From an uncultured Pseudomonadota bacterium (GTDB taxonomy: Bacteria > Myxococcota_A > Polyangia > Fen-1088): a DNA stretch of 64,000 bases. Shown here piece after piece: positions 9,630-18,494 of this stretch (position 1 is the first letter of the stretch; each line of letters opens with the position of its first letter). Location of the stretch: the NCBI GenBank assembly GCA_963847705.1, contig CAWKBC010000027.1:736001-800000 (forward strand), written 5' to 3'. The notes under the pieces were generated by a model. It made no database searches, was not told where the DNA came from, and saw only the letters and a program-made list of their open reading frames with translations. Both the position numbers and the translations under genes were made by a program.

Positions 9630-10942
9630 GCCCCTCGGCTGGTCTGCGCGTCGGCGACCGCCTTGGCGAACAGCTGGGCGGTGACTGCGGCCTGCGCCTC
9701 GGTCAGGATCAGCGGCGGCGAGATCCGGATCGCCTTCTTGCCGCACTCGAGGACGATGAGGCCGCGCCGGAAGCAGAGCTGGGCGACCGCCTCGCTGAGC
9801 TCGTGCGACCCGAGCTCGATGCCGATCATGAGGCCGACCCCGCGCACCTCGGTGACACCGGGGACGCCAGCGAGGGCGTCGATCAGCAGCTGCTTGAGGC
9901 GCGCGCCGACCCGCGCCGAGTTCGCCACCAGGCTCCCCTCGAGCAGGTGGATGGTGGCCAGGCCCGCCGCGATCGCCACCGGGTTGCCGGCGATGGTCGA
10001 GCCATGACTGCCGGGCGGCCAGGTCATGATCTCGCGCGGCGCCATCATCGCCCCGAGCGGCATCCCCGAGGCGATCCCCTTGGCCACCAGCAGGATGTCG
10101 GGGACGACGCCGGTGTGCTCGGCGGCGAACATCTTGCCGGTGCGTCCCATGCCGCTTTGCACCTCGTCGAACACCAGCAAGATGCCGTGCAGATCGCAGA
10201 GCGCCCGCAGCCCCGCCAAAAACCCTTCCGGGGGGACGATGTAGCCCCCTTCGCCCAGCACCGGCTCCACGACGATGGCCGCGATGTCCTCGGCGGGGGC
10301 CACCGTGGCGAACAGCTCGACGACGCTCTCGAGATCGCCGTAGGCGGCGTGAAAGACGTTGGGCAGGAGCGGGCCGAAGCCGCGCCGGTACTTCGACTTG
10401 CTGGCGGTGAGCGACAGCGAGCCGAGCGTCCGGCCGTGAAAGCCGCCGCGAAAGGCGACGATCCCGGGCCGTTGCGTGTGGTGCCGGGCCAGCTTGAGCG
10501 CCGCCTCCACCGCCTCGGTCCCGGAGTTGGTGAGGAAGGTCTGCCAGTGGTGGGCGTTGGGGCCGATCCGCTGCGCCAGCGCCCCCAGCTTCTCGCAGAT
10601 CTCGCCGTACCCCGGATAATGAAAGTCGGTGCCGCAGATGTGGATCAGCACCTCGGCCTGCGCGGCCATGGCCGCCGCCACCGCCGGGTGGCAGTGTCCG
10701 GTCGAGGCCGTCGCCACGCCGGCCTCGACGTCGAGGAAGACGTTGCCGTCGACGTCCTCGACCATGCAGCCCGACGCGCGCCGCACCATCAGCGGGTAGC
10801 AGTGGATGAGAGACGGCGAGAGATGGGGGAGGGCGCGCGCGATCATCTCCGTGGCGCGCGGGCCGGGCGGCTCGGTGACGATGGTGATCGGCTGCGCCGC
10901 CAGCGCGTCGAGCGCCGCCCGCGCGGCGGCATGGGCATTCAC
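9626..10942 (-). CDS. class III PLP aminotransferase (4-aminobutyrate/acetylornithine/lysine type)
   Basis: GTG start overlaps ALDH stop; NSGTEAVEAA, FHGRT, FDEVQSGMGRTG, VAKGIASG, HGSTIAGN. Confidence 0.9.
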   Translation of the reverse strand: MNAHAAARAALDALAAQPITIVTEPPGPRATEMIARALPHLSPSLIHCYPLMVRRASGCMVEDVDGNVFLDVEAGVATASTGHCHPAVAAAMAAQAEVLIHICGTDFHYPGYGEICEKLGALAQRIGPNAHHWQTFLTNSGTEAVEAALKLARHHTQRPGIVAFRGGFHGRTLGSLSLTASKSKYRRGFGPLLPNVFHAAYGDLESVVELFATVAPAEDIAAIVVEPVLGEGGYIVPPEGFLAGLRALCDLHGILLVFDEVQSGMGRTGKMFAAEHTGVVPDILLVAKGIASGMPLGAMMAPREIMTWPPGSHGSTIAGNPVAIAAGLATIHLLEGSLVANSARVGARLKQLLIDALAGVPGVTEVRGVGLMIGIELGSHELSEAVAQLCFRRGLIVLECGKKAIRISPPLILTEAQAAVTAQLFAKAVADAQTSRGA

Positions 10943-12513
10943 TGGCACACCGTCCGGCTCTGCTCGCGCATGTAGCAGGGGACTGTGTAGAGGCCGCCGA
11001 TGTTCTTGCCGGTCGAGCCGCTCCCCTTCCAGCCACCGAACGGCTGGACGCCCGGCCAGGCCCCGGTGGTGGCGCCCGCCGCGCGGTTCACGTAGGTGAC
11101 GCCCGCCTCGATGCGGTCGAAGAAGGTGTCGATCTCCTTCTGCTCGCGCGAGAAGAGCCCGGCGGTGAGGCCGAACTTGGTGTCGTTGGCCCGCGCCAGC
11201 GCTTCGTCGAGGCTGTCGACGGTCTCGACCGCGACGATCGGGACGAACAGCTCCTCGCGCAACAGTTGATGGTCGCGCGGCAGCCCGGCCAGCACGGTCG
11301 GCCGGACGAAGTAGCCGTGCGCCCGTGCGCCGTCGGTCAGCACCGCGCCGCCGGCGCGGACCACGTCGCCCGCCTGGCGCGCGATCGCCACGTACCGCTG
11401 GTAGTCCTGGTAGGACTGCTTCGTCGCCACCGGCCCGACGAACACGCCCTTGTCGAGCGGATTGGCCGGGACGACGGCGTCGGCGGCGCGGGCCAGGCCG
11501 GCCAGGAGCTCGCCGGCGACGGCCCGGTGGACGTAGACCCGCGAGCAGGCGGAGCACTTGTGGCCGTTCATCCCAAAGGCGGATCGAGAGATCCCCTGCA
11601 CGGCTTGAGCGACATCCGCGCTGGCCATGACCAGGGCGGGGTTCTTCCCCCCCATCTCGACGATGGCCGGCTTGGGGAACTCCTGGGCGAAGCGCTGGTA
11701 AAGGCGCTTGAAACCGACATCGTACGACCCGGTGAAGGTCACCCCGGCGACGTCGGGATGCTCGACCAGGCCGTCGCCGACGACGCGGCCGCTGCCGGGG
11801 AGGCAGGTCAGCGCCTCGGGCGGCACGCCCGCCGCGTGGAAGATCTCGGCCAGCTTCACCCCGGACAGCGGCGTCTCCGACGACGGCTTGCAGACGACGG
11901 TGTTGCCCGCCAGCAGCGCGGCCGCCACCGGCGCGCCCAGCAGCGCGTAGGGGAAGTTCCAGGGGGCGATCACCGCCCAGACCCCGTACGGCCGCAGCAC
12001 GCTGACGTTGCGGTCGGTCGGCGCCAGGCGATCCATCTCGCGGACGTACCCGTCGTTGGCGCGCATCTGGCCGGCGTAGTAGGCGAGCAGATCGGCGGTC
12101 TCCTCGATCTCGCCCAGGGCCTCCACGCGGTTCTTCCCCATCTCGAGGATCATCCAGACGCTGAGCTCGAACTTCCGCGCGCGCACGATCTCGGCGGCGC
12201 GCTCGATGATGGTGACCCGCTCTTGCCACGGGCGCCCGCTCCAGGCCGGGAAGGCCGCGCGCGCTGCCGCGATCGCGTCGCGAAGATCGCCCTCGCCGGC
12301 GGCCGCCACCCGCGCCACCACCACGCGCGCGTCGGCCGGGTTGCGGCTCTCGATCGCGCCTCCCTCGACTCCGGCGCGCGTCGCGCCCGCCACCCGCAGC
12401 GGCGCGAGGGCTCCCTCTGCCGCACGCGCGTCGGCGATCGCCGCGCTGAACCCGGCGTCGATGGCGGGATCGTCGGCCGAGAGGCTGACGTAGGTGACCT
12501 TGTTGGCGCTCAT
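10939..12513 (-). CDS. aldehyde dehydrogenase, 1-pyrroline-5-carboxylate dehydrogenase-like
   Basis: IAPWNFP, FTGS, EMGGKN, KCSACS catalytic Cys, ELF, TTGAWPGVQPFGGWKGSG; start MSANK at 12513 with GAGG upstream. Confidence 0.88.
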   Translation of the reverse strand: MSANKVTYVSLSADDPAIDAGFSAAIADARAAEGALAPLRVAGATRAGVEGGAIESRNPADARVVVARVAAAGEGDLRDAIAAARAAFPAWSGRPWQERVTIIERAAEIVRARKFELSVWMILEMGKNRVEALGEIEETADLLAYYAGQMRANDGYVREMDRLAPTDRNVSVLRPYGVWAVIAPWNFPYALLGAPVAAALLAGNTVVCKPSSETPLSGVKLAEIFHAAGVPPEALTCLPGSGRVVGDGLVEHPDVAGVTFTGSYDVGFKRLYQRFAQEFPKPAIVEMGGKNPALVMASADVAQAVQGISRSAFGMNGHKCSACSRVYVHRAVAGELLAGLARAADAVVPANPLDKGVFVGPVATKQSYQDYQRYVAIARQAGDVVRAGGAVLTDGARAHGYFVRPTVLAGLPRDHQLLREELFVPIVAVETVDSLDEALARANDTKFGLTAGLFSREQKEIDTFFDRIEAGVTYVNRAAGATTGAWPGVQPFGGWKGSGSTGKNIGGLYTVPCYMREQSRTVCQ

Positions 12514-12646
12514 GACTCGGTCCTCTGGGTTCGTTTCGGGACCGTCAAGGTCCCGCGCGCCGCGGCGAGGTTGGGTCGAGTCGCGCTCGACCTCTCGCAC
12601 GCGAACTACTTCATTAAGATAAACCAAGAACTGCCCCGCGACCGCG

Positions 12647-12675
12647 TTGACACCTCCAATTCGAATCCGTAGTCT
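12647..12675 (+). promoter_or_regulatory. sigma70 promoter of the HU gene
   Basis: TTGACA-N17-TAGTCT; GGAG ribosome-binding site before ATG 12712. Confidence 0.75.
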
Positions 12676-12711
12676 GGCCGCCCCCGTCAGCACGGGTTCT
12701 GGGAGAGACGA

Positions 12712-13149
12712 ATGACGAAGGCGGAGCTCATCGAGCGTGTGTATGCGGGCAAGCACCTGCCGCGCGAATTGACCAAGAAGACCGTCGCGCAGATCGTCGA
12801 CGCCGTCTTCGTGGAGATGGGCGACTACTTCATCCGCACCCGCGTCAGCCGCACCCAGGGCCCCCGCCTGACCTATCCTGGATTCGGGACCTTCTCCAAG
12901 CGCCGCCGTCCGCCGCGGATGGTGAAGAACCCCAAGACCGGCGTGCCGATCACCATTCCCCAGCAGGAGACCATCACCTTTTCTCCCGGCCAGGAGCTGC
13001 GCTCGCTGCTCAACCGAAACGGCAAATCGGACGGCAAGTCCGAGTCGAAGTCCGAGTCGAAGTTCGTGGGCAAGTTCGTGGGAAAGTCCGACGGTAAGTC
13101 CGGGGGCGCCGGGCCGGCGGCCGCCAAGAGCGCTTCAGCTAGCCGTTAG
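12712..13149 (+). CDS. HU/IHF family DNA-binding protein with repetitive C-terminal tail
   Basis: MTKAELI, GFGTFSKRRR...KNPKTG..I.IP...TFSPG.ELR. Confidence 0.9.
   Translation: MTKAELIERVYAGKHLPRELTKKTVAQIVDAVFVEMGDYFIRTRVSRTQGPRLTYPGFGTFSKRRRPPRMVKNPKTGVPITIPQQETITFSPGQELRSLLNRNGKSDGKSESKSESKFVGKFVGKSDGKSGGAGPAAAKSASASR
13021..13104 (+). repeat. degenerate 12-bp in-frame repeat, 7 copies (x-K-S/F-x)
   Basis: GKSD GKSE SKSE SKFV GKFV GKSD GKSG. Confidence 0.8.
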
Positions 13150-13180
13150 CCGAGCGATCGCGAATACTGGTAACGGATAG

Positions 13181-14179
13181 ATGCTCGACCCCAGCCTCGA
13201 GCTCTGCGATCTGCACATTCACGTCGGTGGCGCGGTCGCGCCGCACATCCTCTGGTCGATCGCGCACGAGCAGGGCTTCAAGCTCCCGGTCTCCACCTAC
13301 TGGGAGTTCCGCGATCTGGTGACCGCCAAGCCGGACACCGTCTCGTCGCTGGACGAGTACCTGGCGATCCTGCACCACTGGACCGAGAAGATTCAGTCGT
13401 CGCCGGCGGCGATCGAGCGCTCGGTCTACGAGATCATCGGCAAGGAGTTTCGCTCGAGCGGCGTGTCGCTCATCGAGCTGCGCTTCAACCCGATGAAGCG
13501 CAACCTCGAGGGCGAGCGCGATCTCGACCACATCATCCACGCGGCGCTGCGGGGGATGGACCGGGCTTGCCTGGAGTACGGCGTGCGGGCCGGCCTCATC
13601 TTCTGCCTGGCCCGCGAGTTCTCGCTGGAGCTGAACGAGATCCTGGTGAAGAAGGCGGTCAAGTACAAGTCGCGCGGCGTGGTGGGGATCGATCTCGCCG
13701 GCCCCGAGGCGCACACGCTGGAGCTGGGCGCCGAGGTCTCCGGCTATCGCGATCTGTTCGCGCGGGCGCGCGCGGCGGCGCTGGGAACGACGGTGCACAC
13801 CGGCGAGACCGCCTACACCGCCGTGCCCGGCGTGCTGGCCGTCCTCAAGGAGCTGGCCCCCGCGCGCATCGGCCACGGCATCGCCGCCGCCGCCAGCGAG
13901 GAGGCGACCCGCAAGCTGGTCGAGACCGGGACCGTGCTGGAGATCTGCCCCAGCTCGAACCTGCGCACGCGCGCCGTCGCCAACCTCGACGAGCTGGCGG
14001 TGGTGCTGCGGAAGTTCGAGGACGCCGGGGTTCGCTACACGATCAACACCGACGGCCCGTACCTGCTGAACACGCACCTGCGGCTGGAGTACGAGATGCT
14101 GCTCGACAACAAGATCCTCTCCGAGGCCGAGGTCGAGCGGAGCGTGGCCGTCTCCCGCGCCGCGAGCTTCGTGCGATAG
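13181..14179 (+). CDS. adenosine/adenine deaminase family protein
   Basis: DLHIHVGG, GIDLAGPE, TVHTGE, RIGHG, LEICPSSN, INTD metal/catalytic motifs. Confidence 0.9.
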   Translation: MLDPSLELCDLHIHVGGAVAPHILWSIAHEQGFKLPVSTYWEFRDLVTAKPDTVSSLDEYLAILHHWTEKIQSSPAAIERSVYEIIGKEFRSSGVSLIELRFNPMKRNLEGERDLDHIIHAALRGMDRACLEYGVRAGLIFCLAREFSLELNEILVKKAVKYKSRGVVGIDLAGPEAHTLELGAEVSGYRDLFARARAAALGTTVHTGETAYTAVPGVLAVLKELAPARIGHGIAAAASEEATRKLVETGTVLEICPSSNLRTRAVANLDELAVVLRKFEDAGVRYTINTDGPYLLNTHLRLEYEMLLDNKILSEAEVERSVAVSRAASFVR

Positions 14180-14209
14180 CCCCCAAGCTTCGTGTAGCTT
14201 AGGGTCGGC

Positions 14210-16417
14210 GTGAAGACCGAGGCTCTGCGCGGCGTGGCCGCGAGCGCGGCTTTGGCCGTGAACTTGACCGTGACTCTGGCCGTGGTCAGCCCGGCGCGCG
14301 CAGCCGACGCCGCCTTCGCCTGGGCGCCGCCGCACGCGCCGGCCGTGGTGGTCGGTCGGCAGAGCGGGGCGCGCTTCGGCCTGGTCGGCCTCACCGAGAT
14401 CGAGGTCGAGGTCGACGATCTGTACGACGCCGCGAACCGGCAGGCGCTGGGGCTGGCCGAACGGAAGCTGGCGGCGGTCCCCGGCGTGCGTGCCGTCTTC
14501 GGGCCTGCCGGGCTGCTCGACGTGACCGTCGACGCCAGCGGGAAACCGAGCGCGCGGCCCGTCCTGGCGCGCGGACAGAGTGAAAGCGAGGGGGAGGCCG
14601 CCCGGCAGCGGATCGTGCGGCGCGCCGACGCGCTCGGTTGGTTCCTCACCGAGAACGGCCGGCGCGTGCGCTTTCTCGTCGACGCCCCCGACTTCGAACG
14701 CCTGGAGCCGGCGCTGGCCAGGGCGCTCACGGAATCGGGTCTCGGCGTCTTGCCGTCTCCCGGAGGCCTGGAGACGCGGCCGCTCTGGCCCGATCCGCGG
14801 CAACATCGTGCGCGGTTCCTGCCGCTCGGCTTCGCGGCCATCTGGGCCTTCTTCGTGATGGTGGCGGCAGGGCGGGCGCACTTTCCGCTCGGCCGTCGAC
14901 GGATCTCGCGCGCGCTGGCGGCGGCGGCCGGCGCGGCGGCGCCGTTCGTGCTGGTGCCGGTCTCCGGCGTCCAGCTGGCCGGCATCCTGGCCGCGCTCGG
15001 CGCGGCGGCCATCGCGCTCGCCGGCGCGCGCGCGCCCGACGCGTCAGCCAGCGCGCGACCTCGGTTCCTGCGGCCGGTGCTCTGGATCTCGGCGGCCCTC
15101 GCGCTGGAGGTGGCCGTGCTCTCCCCGCGCTTGCGGGTCGGGACCCGGCAGTGGAGCGCGGCGCCGATGTTCTTCATCAGCCTCCACGGCGATCTCGACG
15201 AGCCGGTCGTGCTGCGCGAGGTGCGGCGCTTCGCCGACGAGCTGCGCGGACAGCCGGGGGTCGCCAACGCCTGGTCGATCGCCGATCTCTTCTTGGGGGT
15301 CACCTTCGAGGGGCAGGAGGCCAACGGCATCCCGGACGATCCGGAGGAGCTGCGCCGCATCCTGGTCCAGGCGCGGACCGATCCGGCCGTGCGGCTCGAG
15401 CTGTCGGCCGATCGGCGCGAGGCCCTGATCGGCGTCCGCTTCGAGGACGATCCGACCGTCGATCGCCTGGCGATCGTGGCCCACGCCGAGCGCTACATCC
15501 AGCGCGAGCTGCGGCATTCCCAGGCGCGCATCGATCTGTCGGCGCCGTCGACGTCGCCGGTGGCGCGGCTGGTCGGCGCCGGGATACTGGCCGACGACGC
15601 CCGCGATCGGGTGTTGAAGATCTGCGCACGCTCCGGCCGGACGCTGAACCGGGCCGAGGCGCTCTCCGTCGAGCGGGTGGCGCGGGCAGCGGCCCTCATC
15701 CCAGCGGCCGATCCGCCCCGCCTCGAGGCCGAGGTGGCGGACGCCGTCCGAAACTTCGCCGCCCACCACCCCTGGCCGCTGACGGGCCCCGAGGTCGAGC
15801 GCTTGATCCTCGGCGCCAACGCGCTGGCCGTCGACGCCACGCCCGACGATGTGCGGGCGGTGGTGACGGCCGTCTACGGCGCCCGCCTCCCGGCCCCGAT
15901 GTTGGACGCCACCGCCGGCGCGCTCGGTCGCCTGATCGCCACCGTGCAGAGGCGGCACACCGCGCGACTCGATTTCAAGGAGATGCTGTACGGCGCCGAT
16001 CTGCCCACCGAAGGGGTGCTGGCCGACGAGGTCCGCAGCGCGACGCTCGAGGCGGCAGGGCCCGTGGTCGGAATCCCCGTGGCCCTCGAGGTCGCCGAGG
16101 CTTTCAAGCTCGACGCCCAGCCGATCGGCGGCGCGCCCAATGATCTGGCGCTGTCCGAGCTCTGGAACCGGGCCTTGCGGGCGGGGCTGATCTCGGCGGC
16201 GGCGCTGCTCGCCATTCTGCTGGTGCTGGTGGGGGGGACGCGGGCGCTGGCGTCGTTGCCGCTGGCGTTCGCGCCGCTGGCGGCCGCCCTGGCTCCCTCG
16301 GCGATCTTGCGCGAGCCGATCGGGCTGCCCACGCTCTCTTTCTTCGCCGGGACCCTGGTGGGTGGCGCGATGCTGGCGCTCCTCGTCACCCCGTCGCGGC
16401 GGGAGCGGGTGCGGTGA
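14210..16417 (+). CDS. divergent MMPL/RND-like membrane protein
   Basis: Two TM clusters; extracytoplasmic segments ..LAAVPGVRAVFG.. and EPVVLREVRRFADELRGQPGVANAWSIAD..IPDDPEEL reminiscent of MMPL porter domains. Confidence 0.55.
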   Translation: MKTEALRGVAASAALAVNLTVTLAVVSPARAADAAFAWAPPHAPAVVVGRQSGARFGLVGLTEIEVEVDDLYDAANRQALGLAERKLAAVPGVRAVFGPAGLLDVTVDASGKPSARPVLARGQSESEGEAARQRIVRRADALGWFLTENGRRVRFLVDAPDFERLEPALARALTESGLGVLPSPGGLETRPLWPDPRQHRARFLPLGFAAIWAFFVMVAAGRAHFPLGRRRISRALAAAAGAAAPFVLVPVSGVQLAGILAALGAAAIALAGARAPDASASARPRFLRPVLWISAALALEVAVLSPRLRVGTRQWSAAPMFFISLHGDLDEPVVLREVRRFADELRGQPGVANAWSIADLFLGVTFEGQEANGIPDDPEELRRILVQARTDPAVRLELSADRREALIGVRFEDDPTVDRLAIVAHAERYIQRELRHSQARIDLSAPSTSPVARLVGAGILADDARDRVLKICARSGRTLNRAEALSVERVARAAALIPAADPPRLEAEVADAVRNFAAHHPWPLTGPEVERLILGANALAVDATPDDVRAVVTAVYGARLPAPMLDATAGALGRLIATVQRRHTARLDFKEMLYGADLPTEGVLADEVRSATLEAAGPVVGIPVALEVAEAFKLDAQPIGGAPNDLALSELWNRALRAGLISAAALLAILLVLVGGTRALASLPLAFAPLAAALAPSAILREPIGLPTLSFFAGTLVGGAMLALLVTPSRRERVR

Positions 16418-17577
16418 CGGTGAACGTGACCTTGCGGGCGGCGCTCGCCGTCGGGGCCTGCGCCGTGGCCGCCGGGTGCAGCGCGCCGCCCTGGCAGATC
16501 GGCAGGCCGCTCGACGGCCGCGCGTCGATCCCCCCGACAGAAGCTCGGCCGACGCCGACCGAGGCGCGGCAGACCGCGGCGCGCGCCCGGGCCGCCGGGG
16601 AGCCGGTGATCGAGCTCGAGGCGCTGGCGGCGCTGGAGCGGTCCTGGCGCCTCGACGCCGTGCTGCGCGCCCAGCCGACCGTCGCCGAGCAGGCGCGGCT
16701 GGCCGAGCTGCTCTGGCGGCGGGCGAGGATGTTTCACGTCCTCGCTCGACCGATCCCGGAGAGCCGCGATCTGGAGGCGGCGGCGCGCCTCGATCCGGCG
16801 CGCGGCGCCATGTTCATCCGCGAGCGAGCTGCGGCCGCAGCCGCCGCTGGCCTCTGCTGGAAACGGATCGACGCTCCGGCCGACGCGCGCCAGGCGTTCA
16901 CGCTGGCCGCGCACCTCGGCGGCGTTGCCCCGGATGCGCCACCGCCCACACCGGCGCCGCTGGTTCCGACCGGCCTGCCGCCCGACCTCGAGCGCTGGGT
17001 GCTCGGCGGCCCGACGCTTTCGGGCCGCCTTCTGCCGCTGGCCGCGGCGGTCCCCGCGATCTTGAACGACCTCCCGCGCGCGCTCCGCTGGGCCGACCTC
17101 CTGCTCGAAGAAGATCCGACCTCGCCCGAGGTGCTGGAGCTGGTGGCGCTGATCTTCGGCCGCGCGGGGCGTTTCGGGGGAACGGACCGCATGTTGGCGG
17201 AGCTGACGTTTCACACCCCCGATCGCGCCGCGGGCCTGGCGCGCGGCGCGGGCGTCTGGGAGCAGCTCGGGCGCCCGCGCGAGGCCTGCGCGCAGTGGAT
17301 CCGCGCCGCCCGCTGGCGCGACGAGCCGACCGATCCGGTTTGGTTGAAGGCGATCTCCTGCGCTCGGCGGGACCCCGGCGCCGGGAGCGCGCCGGAGATC
17401 CGCGCCTACGTCCTGGCCCGCGCCCGCCCGGACCAGCGTGAGGCCCTGGCGGCCGCGCTCGACGGGACGCCGCTGCCTGGGGCCGTCGATGCCGGCCCTG
17501 ATGGCCGATCTTCGATCGGGGCCGACGCCGGTCGGGACAGCGAGCGTGGAGCGGCGCCGTTGGATCAGCGGCCGTGA
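16414..17577 (+). CDS. hypothetical lipoprotein, helical-repeat-like
   Basis: Lipobox VAAGC; GTGA overlap with upstream gene; Ala/Arg/Trp-rich helical repeats. Confidence 0.6.
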   Translation: MTVNVTLRAALAVGACAVAAGCSAPPWQIGRPLDGRASIPPTEARPTPTEARQTAARARAAGEPVIELEALAALERSWRLDAVLRAQPTVAEQARLAELLWRRARMFHVLARPIPESRDLEAAARLDPARGAMFIRERAAAAAAAGLCWKRIDAPADARQAFTLAAHLGGVAPDAPPPTPAPLVPTGLPPDLERWVLGGPTLSGRLLPLAAAVPAILNDLPRALRWADLLLEEDPTSPEVLELVALIFGRAGRFGGTDRMLAELTFHTPDRAAGLARGAGVWEQLGRPREACAQWIRAARWRDEPTDPVWLKAISCARRDPGAGSAPEIRAYVLARARPDQREALAAALDGTPLPGAVDAGPDGRSSIGADAGRDSERGAAPLDQRP

Positions 17578-17587
17578 TCCTCGAACA

Positions 17588-18480
17588 CTATTTCGGTGCC
17601 GAGGCGCCGGTGAAAAAGTCGATCATGCTGTGCGGAGCGGCGTCGCCGAAGCAGAGCCGGAGCAAGCTGGCGGCGTCGGCGGCTTCCTTCGCGCTCCGGG
17701 CGAACATCGGCTCCTCGTACTCGGCGCGCAGCGCGGGCTCGAGGTCGTCGCGGTGCGCGGCAATGACCTTGCCGAGCTCGGCGCCGTCGTACATCGCCAG
17801 GTTGGCGCCTTCACCGGACGGCGGCATCAGATGCGCGGCGTCTCCCAGAAGCGTCACCCCGGGCACCCGCTCCCACCGATGTGCGGCCGGGAGCGCATGG
17901 ATCGTTCGGGGGACGAGCTCTGATTCGCCGTCGGTGATGAGCGCGGTGAGCTCCGGCGCCCACCCCTCGAACTCCGCCGCGACGCGAGCTCTCGCCGCCT
18001 GCGGGTCGGCGAAGTCGATGCCCGCCATCCAGGCCAGCGGTCTGGTGAGCGCGACGTAGGTGTGCAGGGTCCCCTTGGTCTCCCGGTGGGCCTGGATGCC
18101 CTTGCCGGGCGCCAGGGCCAACATGGCCCCACGGCCGACGGCCCTGGCGCTGGCCGGGTGGCACGCGTCGGCGTTGTAAAGATATGTCTCGATGAACGAG
18201 AGGCCGACGTAGGCGGGCTTCGCGGCGGACAGCAGGGGCCGGATCCTCGACCAGGCGCCGTCCGCCCCCACCAGGAGGTTGGTGGCGACGGTCGAGCCGT
18301 CCGTGAACGTCAGCTCATGGCGCCCCTCACCCAGCGGGTGGACGCCGCTGACCTTGCGTCCCCACTGGACGGTCCCCTCGGGCAACGCGTCCAGCAGGAG
18401 GCGCCGCAGGTCGCCGCGATGCACCTCCGGGCGATGGCCGCCGCCGTCGTCCGGCTCGTCGAGAAGGACCCTGCCGTGCC
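17588..18480 (-). pseudogene. N-terminally truncated FAD-dependent monooxygenase (TetX-like group A)
   Basis: RPEVHRGDLRRLLL, LLVGADGAWS, VTLLGDAAHLMPP.GEGANLAM present; family-like sequence reaches RHGRVLLDEPDDG near 18480, with no GxGxxG and no upstream in-frame start. Confidence 0.7.
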
Positions 18481-18494
18481 GTGCGGCGCCGCCG

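Noticed and set aside
8328-12229. 902-aa and 867-aa ORF-track aminotransferases with long N-terminal extensions
   Set aside because: Extensions are alternate-frame overlap with upstream genes; real starts are at the stop/start overlaps 9629 and 10942.
17588-18424. Functional tetracycline-resistance gene
   Set aside because: Only family-level similarity, and the FAD-binding N-terminus is missing.
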